From NCBI GenBank assembly GCA_964016885.1, contig OZ024740.1, forward strand, positions 168,268,001-168,332,000: a stretch of DNA of 64,000 nt, given 5' to 3'. Source of the DNA: Eledone cirrhosa (taxonomy: Eukaryota). The notes below the pieces were generated by a model. The model saw only the letters and a list, made by a program, of their open reading frames with translations, was not told the origin of the DNA and searched no databases. The position numbers were made by a program, and so were the translations under genes. How positions within the stretch are numbered: the first letter of the stretch is position 1; each line of letters starts with the position of its first letter. Positions 54,475-64,000 of this stretch are shown in pieces.

Positions 54475-56749
54475 TTTTTTTATCTCCGCTGGTTTGTAGA
54501 ATGTTTATATTCTGTTTTCATCTGGCCCGTGTTTTTATTCTGTTTTGTTATATCTTGGGTTATGCTGTATTACCTTGGTTTACTATACATTAAATCACTA
54601 TTTTTCGTAATGAATTTGGTAGACTTGGTGGCATTAAATTAACATCAAAATATGCCTTTAATTATGAATATAGTAGTAGTAGTAGTTGTTGTTGTTGTTG
54701 TTTCAACGGTTTCACGCAAGTTTCTACACCATCTCTTTGTTCCCAGAGTGTTTGTAGCATTGACACTTGTGAATGTAAAATTGTATTTGTGTGTTCCATG
54801 TGCTTTATTCTGTGGCGGATGTTGTTTTGTTGTTTCTGGTATTCCTTTAGTATTTCATGCCACGTAGAATATTTACTGTGTGAGTTGTGTTATTTTATTA
54901 GGTAGTTTCGCATAAGTCTTAAGAGTTGTGTCATGAATTTTAGAGGTGATTGTGTAAAGTATTTAATCTGTAGTTTATGTTATATTATTATTGAGTGGCA
55001 CTTGTGAATAATTTGAGATGTTTGAAATGCTAGTGTGTTATTGTATCATATGTCGATTATGTAAGAGCATGAGTTACTTTATTGGGGGGATAGCTGTTAT
55101 GTGTCGGATAACTGTTATGTGCCGGCACATAACTTGTTATGTGCCGGAACTGTGGTGTGTGTGGTTTTCTATTTAATTGAAAGTATTTTGTGAAGGTAGT
55201 GGACTGTAACTAATAGTACTATGCTGGAGGTTGTGTGTGGAGTTGTCTTTTGGGGGTTGTGATAAATATGTTTGTGTTTTCATTTTTTCAATTTTTTTTT
55301 TTTCTTAATTACACCCAGTGCTCCAATTAACATTGGTGCTTCTTTTGTGTTTGATTTTTTTCATATTTCCTTTCTGTTCGTTTTTATTTCATGGATAAAG
55401 TGAGGTCGAATGTTTCAGAGCTTCGTTTTGCTATCATTAGGTCCCGGGTTCAATTACACTGCGTGTCATCTTGACGAATTTACCATAGCTTCGAGTTGAC
55501 CCATATCTTATGAGTGAAACTGGATCAATGGAAATTGTTTTGAAGCTAATCAGATGGATTCTATTTGCAAATAAATGGACCAGCCTAGTTACACACTGTC
55601 ACGTTGAATGTTCTTGAGAATTACTCTACTGGTACGCGTGTCTGTGGAATGTTAGGCCAATTTCATGCTATCATGAGCAGGATGTTCCATTGATCGAACA
55701 ACTGGAGTACTCATTCCATTCAATTTTATTTCTATTTCGAACTTATTGTATTTGGATGGTTTCTTGATTTCTTTCCTCATTATGTTTTGATATGAATCGA
55801 TCGATAATGTATCCGAGAACAGAGAGTTTCTATATCACGTAGAATAGTGATAAGAATCTCCAGACTTTTATACTTGATAATCCTGTCAGAATGATTTATT
55901 CTGATCTCTTTGTAAGTCTGGATAGGCATGGTCCATATTAGTGTACTCAGACAGTTGCCATGTACAATTTTTGTACACGATTTTACCACTTATTCGTTTT
56001 CCTACCAAATGGTCAGCATATTACTCAATGGACATAATTACCAACTGGATCATACATGTGGATGTACGTTGAATTTGCAAAGACTAAGCAACAAGAAATC
56101 ATGTGGCTAATCGCTTTATTGTACGACATCTTTATTTTTGTGTAAATATGTGTGAGAATAGTAAAACAAAAAGTAATGCCCCTACTGTCCCTAATTCGTG
56201 ATGGGATCTTAGAGGTGCCCTCGTGACACACATCTGTTTTGATCAATTAAAATCTAGTGGAGTCCATCCTTTTGTTCCATGTTGGAACACAATCGATTCT
56301 GTTCAGAGAGAGAAAGAGATGGGGAGGGGGGGGGCGAGAAAGTGAAATAAAGGGAGAATCTATCCCAGTACTAGACTGGTCATTTATTTATAGATTCTAA
56401 AGTATTAAAGGCTTAGTTGACCTCGGCGGAATGTGAACTCAAAGCGCAGTAAGGCTGTACAAATACAGAGGCATTTTAAATACGACTTTCTAACGGTTCT
56501 ACCAATTTCCCGCCTTACGTGTGTAAATATACTAACTACACGTGACGCTATGTACTGTATGGAATAATTCAACAATAAGAAGAACAAAATGTTTTCCATT
56601 GCTACAGAAAAAAAGATTATATAATTATATTACATATAAATACATACATACATATATTCATATATTCATACATACATACATTACATACATACACAAATAC
56701 ACACACAAACACACACATGCATATATATATATATATGTGTGTGTGTGTA

Positions 56750-57263
56750 AAAGAAACCAAAGAACGCTTACATACTCAAACAGTTTTTATTTGTTTACAA
56801 TGTTTCATCCATACCGTTTGGTAGGAATCCTCAGAGCTTAATAAACATATAAGCTCCACAGAGCCTAGTCACACGAACAATCGGAATGCAAAAGAGGGTA
56901 AAGATAGGGAGATCGGAGATGGCGAACAAGGAGGGGGTCTATGTTGGGGTTGTTAAGCACCACAGCCAAATGTCAGGGCACAAGCGGATTCCACACGATG
57001 CAGATACAATTGATGGCACACAAAAGCAAAAAATATAGGGAATGGTTAAAACATAATAAAAAATAATAATAAAATAATAAAAAAAATAAAAGGAAGATAA
57101 TATAAAGAGATTGCATTCCGATTTTTCGTGTGACTAGGCTCTGTGGAGCTTATACTCAGCACTGTGTTTATTAAGCTCTGAGGATTCCTACCAAACGGTA
57201 TGGATGAAACATTGTAAGCAAATAAAAACTGTTTGAGTATGTAAGCGTTCTTTGGTTTCTTTT
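56750..57263. mobile_element. Short non-coding element with inverted arms of about 145 bp, each carrying a hammerhead
   Basis: Arms are 56750-56892 and 57110-57263, with HHRs at 56786-56845 (-) and 57167-57226 (+). Confidence 0.8.
57167..57226 (+). ncRNA. Type I hammerhead motif
   Basis: TTTATTAAGCT-CTGAGGA-T-TCC-TACC aaac GGTA-T-GGA-T-GAA-ACATTGT-A-AGCAAATAAA. Confidence 0.72.
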
Positions 57264-58479
57264 ACATATAACGGCTCTGTTCTTGTACATTGAGCTAACA
57301 CAATACTGTCATAACACGGTGCATGTGTGTTTATGCACATATGCTCCGTTCTATTCGTAAATAAATAAATATATATATATATGCAAACACTGACATACAG
57401 ACGCATGTATGTGCTTTTGTTTTAATGCTTGAATGTAAGACATAAATTGAGATATTCCCAAGAGTATAAAGAGCATGAGAGAAGCCATTCATATTGGATA
57501 ATGAAAACATACCATGAACTAGAAGTTACAATGTCGCAACAATAGCAATGATCATGGTGGCAATTGTAATGGTGGTATGGGGGGTGAAGAAGAAGAAGAA
57601 GAAGAAGAAGAAGAAGAAGAAGAAGAAGAAGAAGAAGAAGAAGAAGAAGAAGAAGAAGAATTGGCGACGGCACCTCATGCCAAACCTTCACTACTTCGAT
57701 AAACAGAGGCGAGGCCTCGAAAACATTTTCGAATGGGGTCATGACAATCTTTCCTTCAACAACTATATATATCAAGAAACAATATATTCACCCGCCCATA
57801 TTTTTGGACAACGTACTATTAAAACCTTTTATGAGACCATGGAAAATAATAGTAATCATTTCTTACATAAGGATATTAATGTAGGTGCGGGGAATGATAC
57901 ATTTGATTGTATTGATTTCATTACAGACTGCTGAAAACAAAAAGCAAAATCGAACCCCGGCCACGTTTCAACAAAAGGTGGGGAAGCAGTTAATTAAGTG
58001 TTCCATAATACTAATGACGTTGATTTCTCTAACATTGGTACAAAGCCACAAGATTTAGGGATGAAGATCTCGATTGGTGCTCAATATTTCGATTTCTAAG
58101 ATGATGGCAACAACCCAGTGAAAGACGATTTTCCAACGATTTGCTACAAACTTGATACTTTTATGTAACTCAATATTTTGTCTTCCTTTCTCTTATTCTT
58201 TCTCAAAATGTGACGAATTTCCTGTTGATTGAAAGAAAAATATTCTTTTTAAATATACATTATGTTATACTCCAAACGAAACCGGGTAGATAAAAAAAAT
58301 AACAATATCTTGTGAGGCTCGTAACAGAGACATCCACGACCGAAATATTTATCTCTCTTCGCCTTTCCGGTTGAACTAAAGCTAGCAAGAACAACCTCCT
58401 TTTATTTCTGACTACTGAAATAGACAGCTTAGGTATCTCTTTAAGTAATATACCTACGACAATGCCTATATAAATACTA

Positions 58480-59215
58480 CAGATCGACGCTCTAAGAGAT
58501 GAAAATCAGTGCTGCGAACACTGAGACACTCGTCCTCTCAAGGAAGCCTGTGCGGTGCACTCTACATGTGAGTGGAGTTCCCAGAAGTAGGTGAAGTTCA
58601 GGCATCTTGCGGTCGTTTTCACGAGTGGTGGAAGGCAGAATACTAAATTAAATGCAAGGATTGCAGGAGCTGGTGCAGTAATGTGCCAGCTTCAGCATTC
58701 GGTAATCAGAAGAAGGGTGTATGTGTAAAAACAAAAATTGCTATCTTCAATTCGGTACTCGTGCCAACCCTTACCTATGGTCATAAATCTTGGGCACTGA
58801 CCGAAAGAATACGATCGAGAATAGACGTGGCCGAAATCTGGTTCCTCCAAAGGGTATTTGAAGTAACGTTACTAAATAGAGTGCAGTTAGCTCGGAGATA
58901 AGAAAGTTGCTCTAGGTAGATTCGTTATTTCTCCGAATTGAGAGATCATAACTCCGTTACTGCGAACATGGGGTCAGAATGTCTCAGGAAAGAATCGCTG
59001 GGCAGCTTTTACGGGCAAAGTCAACTGGCAGGAGACCCAGGGTTAGACACCCGGCATGAAGATTGGATAACATCCATGAGTTCGGCAGGTCTCGCATGTG
59101 GATCCAGCCGGATCAATTGGAGACAGTTGATTTCGACATGACTCACCGGCAGGCGGGTATAAGGACTCTATCGCCAGGACCCTCCCAGGAATAAGAGGGT
59201 AAAGAAGACGATGAA
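58480..59215 (+). mobile_element. Degenerate RTE-clade LINE 3' fragment
   Basis: MKISAANTETLVLSRK..LNARI..KTKIAIFNSVLVPTLTYGHKSWALTERIRSRIDVAEIWFLQRV..G.RP. Confidence 0.85.
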
Positions 59216-59914
59216 ACTCTAACAATTATGTTACTTCGCTGCCAATATAAATACTATAAAGCATTTTTTCCACACTCTAATGATTATGTCCGTCCGCTAT
59301 AGTACAAAGCATCTTGTAAGACGTTCTAACGATTCTGTCAATTCGCTACATATATATAAATACATATATACATGTAGGTTACATATATATATATATATAC
59401 ATATATACATATATACATGTAGGTTGATAACCATTTTAAGCATGAACACAACACAGTGTACATATGGCAAGATATTAACCACCAGAACCTATTGTATAAT
59501 GTATGGCTCTCACTGTAAGATATGAACTATTAACTAATTATAATCGATCAGCTAGTCAGAGACGGCTATGTTTACAGGTTGTATATTTTTACTTTAAGCT
59601 GAAGAAAATGGTATCATTTAACGGTAATACTTCATTTTGAAAATGCAAAAGCAGGTCCGGCGCTATCATTAGAACACAGATTTCATTTTACTTGCAAGAA
59701 TGAGGCTAATAACCGGGAGGGGGAGCAACACATTGTACGGCTAGCCAAGGTGACTAAATGCCCAGATCTGGCTCTGCGTCTATTACATATCATCGTAGTG
59801 CTGATATGTAATGAGTATGAAGCATAACTTATATAACTAAATCCCTTCGTGTCAACACATGGGCGTTAATCTATGCATGGCTATCACTTCCTGAATTGTC
59901 CGTCTACACCTCAG

Positions 59915-59983
59915 TATCAGAATGTATGTTATATACGAGTATGTGCGTGGCTGTGTGTACATTTACTAGCGTGTACGCGCGTA

Positions 59984-60045
<62 letters not shown>

Positions 60046-60142
60046 TATATATATATATATATATATATATGCATACGCGCGTACACGCTAGTAAATGTAC
60101 ACGCAGCCACGCACATACTCGTATATAACATACATTCTGATA
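59915..60142. repeat. Inverted repeat with arms of about 75 bp around a (TA)n spacer
   Basis: TATCAGAATGTATG..CGCGTATGC pairs with GCATACGCG..CATACATTCTGATA. Confidence 0.85.
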
Positions 60143-60264
60143 TACAAGTATATATATACATATAGATAGAGAGATAGATAGGTATAGAAACATACATACA
60201 TATACGCATATACGCATATATATGCATATATATGCGTATATGTATGTATGTATACATGCATATA

Positions 60265-60363
<99 letters not shown>

Positions 60364-60364
60364 G

Positions 60365-60396
<32 letters not shown>

Positions 60397-60487
60397 TATA
60401 TAAAATGTATATATTATAAATATGTGCAGACCTGTATGTTATATTGAAGATATGACGATGTTCACAATAATTCATCTTTATATAAAC

Positions 60488-60625
<138 letters not shown>

Positions 60626-61093
60626 GTGTGTGCGTGTGTGTGCGTGTGTGTGCGTGTGTGTGTGCGTGTGTGTGTCTGCATCGTGTGTATCATGTGTCCA
60701 TATAACTGCGGGTATTTCCGTTCACATCTGTGAAGGTTGCAATCTCCCGAAGCCAGTTATTTTTTTTCGATTTTTATTTTATATTAATAATTGTTTTTAC
60801 TGTTGGCACATGAAATATGTTCAGGTTTATTTGAGAATTTTATCTAGAAATTAGGATCTTGTGAATAGTAGCAATTTAATATCCTGGTAGCCTAAGTCGT
60901 GCAACCCATCGAGATACGATATTGTAAATATTTCCTCCTCAACTTAACATCCTCCAGCACCTCCACTACCTCTACAACTGTCATCCTTTTAATACCCTTG
61001 ATAAAAATAAGCTCTTATATAATTCTATTGCCGACATTTATTCCTTCTCCTAAAATCCTTAGGTTTATTAATTTACACCCACACAAAGAGATG

Positions 61094-61147
<54 letters not shown>

Positions 61148-61180
61148 TGCCATTTAAAATTATATATGCACATGCATATA

Positions 61181-61513
61181 CGAGATGTATCAGGAAAGTA
61201 ACAGGACTTAGTGTGTTGTATGGGCTATGAGTGAGGTTGCGATTAGCTGATTGCATTACCTTGTGACGTAATATCCGGGGAGTATATAACTGCGATCTCA
61301 GTTCTCTGCAGTCATTGTATGCTTTTTCACGTGCTTTTGTTAACAATTTTAGGCCGTCGAACGATGGACTTAGAGCAACGATCCAACTTGAAGGATGGGA
61401 AACTGCTTTAGACTCGATGGGGTTATTTCGAAGAGGAAAACTGTGGTTTGTAGTTTGGATTTGAAATATATTTTTGCCCCGCCCCCAGTCCAGTTTCTTT
61501 TCTGAAACACCTC

Positions 61514-61514
<1 letters not shown>
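61181..61514. mobile_element. Tc1/mariner-derived MITE
   Basis: Imperfect TIRs CGAGATGTATCAGGAAAGTAACAGGACT and (reverse complement) CGAGGTGTTTCAGAAAAGAAACTGGACT, flanked by TA on both sides. Confidence 0.75.
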
Positions 61515-61576
<62 letters not shown>

Positions 61577-61688
61577 TTAAAACAATGAAATAAAAAATCA
61601 AGTCATTAGAGATATACTTCACTGCTTTATATATATATATATTTCAAGCGTAAAACTTGAACCGTTAAGGTCTCATTCCTGGATATGT

Positions 61689-61736
<48 letters not shown>

Positions 61737-61738
<2 letters not shown>

Positions 61739-62673
61739 ATGTATATATAATGTATTTTGCAATACACTTTATGCTTAATTAAAAGCATTTTGAAGACCGT
61801 AAGCTATTGTTTTTTAGAGTAGTGACAAATTCACTTACTTTGATCTCAGCAAACAGGGGAGATAAGCCTACAAGGCCTTGTTTCGCTTTTGTTGAAGCTT
61901 ATCAAGGCTAACTACTCCCACCTGTCTACCGAGATCACTGATGTTATATTCTTATAGAATTCTAGTAAATAATCAGGAGCTGATTATGCAGAGCGGTTGT
62001 TGGTCAGGCAGAAATTAAAAATTAGAATTGGAGCTCTGAAATAGCAATATATATATGGATGTATATATAATGTATTTTGCAATACACTTTATGCTTAATT
62101 AAAAGCATTTTGAAGACCGTAAGCTATTGCTTTTTAGAGTAGTGACAAATTCACTTACTTTGATCTCAACAAACAGGGGAGATAAGCCGACAAGGCCTTG
62201 TTTCGCTTTTGTTGAAGCTTATCAAGGCTAACTACTCCCACCTGTCTACCGAGATCACTGATGTTATATTCTTATAGAATTCTAGTAAATAATCAGGAGC
62301 TGATTATGCAGAGCGGTTGTTGGTCAGGCAGAAATTAAAAATTAGAATTGGAGCTCTGAAATTTCTGCCTGACCAACAACCGCTCTGCATAATCAGCTCC
62401 TGATTATTTACTAGAATTCTATAAGAATATAACATCAGTGATCTCGGTAGACAGGTGGGAGTAGTTAGCCTTGATAAGCTTCAACAAAAGCGAAACAAGG
62501 CCTTGTCGGCTTATCTCCCCTGTTTGCTGAGATCAAAGTAAGTGAATTTGTCACTACTCTAAAAATCAATAGCTTACGGTCTTCAAAATGCTTTTAATTA
62601 AGCATAAAGTGTATTGCAAAATACATTATATATACATCCATATATATATTGCTATTTCAGAGCTCCAATTCTA
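61737..62673. mobile_element. Retrozyme-like repeat family A, second locus: two tandem units (-) joined to one inverted unit (+)
   Basis: Period 320 (GGATGTATATATAA at 61737 and 62057), inversion junction at about 62360. HHRs at 61865-61913 (-, GUA), 62185-62233 (-, GUC) and 62463-62511 (+, GUC). (TA)n flanks. Confidence 0.88.
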
Positions 62674-62846
62674 ATATATATATATATATATATATAGTAA
62701 TAATAATAAATTTGAAGACTAAAATCCAAAAAGGGCTCGATAAGGATAAATATATATCAAATATATAAGAACCGTAGAGCAAATATTTATTACCGATTCT
62801 TTGCTTAAACTTTAATCTGTTATTTTAATAAATATATATATATATA

Positions 62847-63180
62847 AATAAATTTAGTCCTTCATCAGTGATCTTCTAACCTTCATTGGTATTTCATCGC
62901 TTTAAAGACCATATAGTAGCAGAGAGTGAGTGAGTGAAAGGTGAGGAAGAGGCTAACAGAGAGAGTGACTGTTGAGGGGGTAAAGGGAAGTGAGAGATAC
63001 AGAGAAAAGAGGAAGCAGTAAGAAAGAAACAGACGGGTCACAGCAGAGGATATTATATATATGCGAATATGAAAACAAGACGTGCTGTGTGGTTTCAGAT
63101 GGGTTACATATGAATAAATTTAGTCCTTCATCAGTGATCTTCCAACATTTCATTGGTATTTCATCGCTTTAAAGACCATA
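62847..63180 (-). repeat. Direct repeat of about 67 bp with period 266 and a degenerate hammerhead-like motif at 63071-63142
   Basis: AATAAATTTAGTCCTTCATCAGTGATCTTC..AAAGACCATATA occurs at 62847 and 63113. Confidence 0.65.
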
Positions 63181-63714
63181 TACCTCCGGTTGGTGCGAGC
63201 AACGGCTAAAGAAAGTCGTTGGGACACGTAAATAGGGGGAACGAGCGAGACTGTAAACAATCAAAGATGGTAATGCAACGAAAAGTGAGGAAGAAGGAGT
63301 CAAGTCCCTGAAATGTTTCAATAGTAATAAGCCCGGTACCATCACATGGAATCGATGAATTAATCGATGAATTAATCTTAACACATCCGTGAGAATAGAA
63401 AAAATGAAATAAAATAATATAAAGGCAATCTTTCCAAGGGCGAATATAGCACATAGAAAATATTAAGCAAGTGATTTGCGTAGCCAATGAAAAATGTATA
63501 AGCACAAGCATGAGAGGTAAAAGTGCACCCTATATTAGCATATTGTGAAATAAAGATGTGTGTAAATCTGAACAAATAGAGGATATTTAGAATGATACAC
63601 TAAACTTATGTGTGCACATGATTATTCTATATTACCGTTCAAGTTGATCATAAAACGTTTTACTGAAACCGAATTTTAGTGGAAAAACACTAAAATTCCT
63701 TTTCGGCTAACCAG

Positions 63715-63775
<61 letters not shown>

Positions 63776-63815
63776 TTCAAATATTAACAAAATAGATATT
63801 CTTGTGATCAATTAA

Positions 63816-63881
63816 ATTTTATTATACATATTGCAGAGGTACTTGAATCAGGTTCAACAGTACGTCCTCATCAGATAAAAT
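63816..63881 (-). ncRNA. Degenerate family-B-like hammerhead motif (GAAA changed to GCAA)
   Basis: Reverse complement reads ATTTTAT-CTGATGA-GGAcGTAC..TTGAA cctga TTCAA GTACcTCT-GCA-ATATGTAT-A-ATAAAAT. Confidence 0.55.
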
Positions 63882-64000
63882 AAAATGATACATGACATAC
63901 CCTGACATGTTAGATGGTTAAGATTTAATTAAGGTAGTGATTAACTTATGAGAAAACTCAATATGTATACCCTAATTATGAGAACATGCGAAAACGTAAT

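Noticed and set aside
57686-57762. Possible minus-strand exon (AG..GT, VEGKIVMTPFENVFEASPLFIEVVK)
   Set aside because: Weak splice sites, no recognisable protein similarity and no partner exons found.
59598-59655. CTGAAGA-AAATG..CATTTT-GAAA
   Set aside because: No stem III, NUH triplet or stem I partner.

Overview
AT-rich, microsatellite-saturated animal genomic DNA. The SINE repertoire, (TA)n/(TACA)n tracts and Penelope-like elements point to an octopus or related cephalopod (inference). Nearly all ORFs in the supplied track are microsatellite artefacts. Supportable content: a Penelope-like element (PLE) RT and a separate PLE GIY-YIG 3' end, two tRNA-Gln genes plus a pseudogene, fragments of CRE-, Tx1/L1-, R4/Dong- and RTE-type LINEs, many tRNA-derived SINEs and MITEs, and one 3.4-kb first coding exon of a secreted or membrane-anchored coiled-coil glycoprotein. 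The most striking signal, found by reading and folding by eye, is about 20 type I hammerhead ribozyme (HHR) motifs from roughly ten unrelated short non-coding repeat families. They sit mostly in (TA)n tracts in tandem or inverted PLE-style arrangements. They include a 319-bp tandem retrozyme-like family and a second unrelated family that both use a non-canonical UUGAUAA core (U3-A8 compensatory pair). No ribozyme activity or database identity has been verified.
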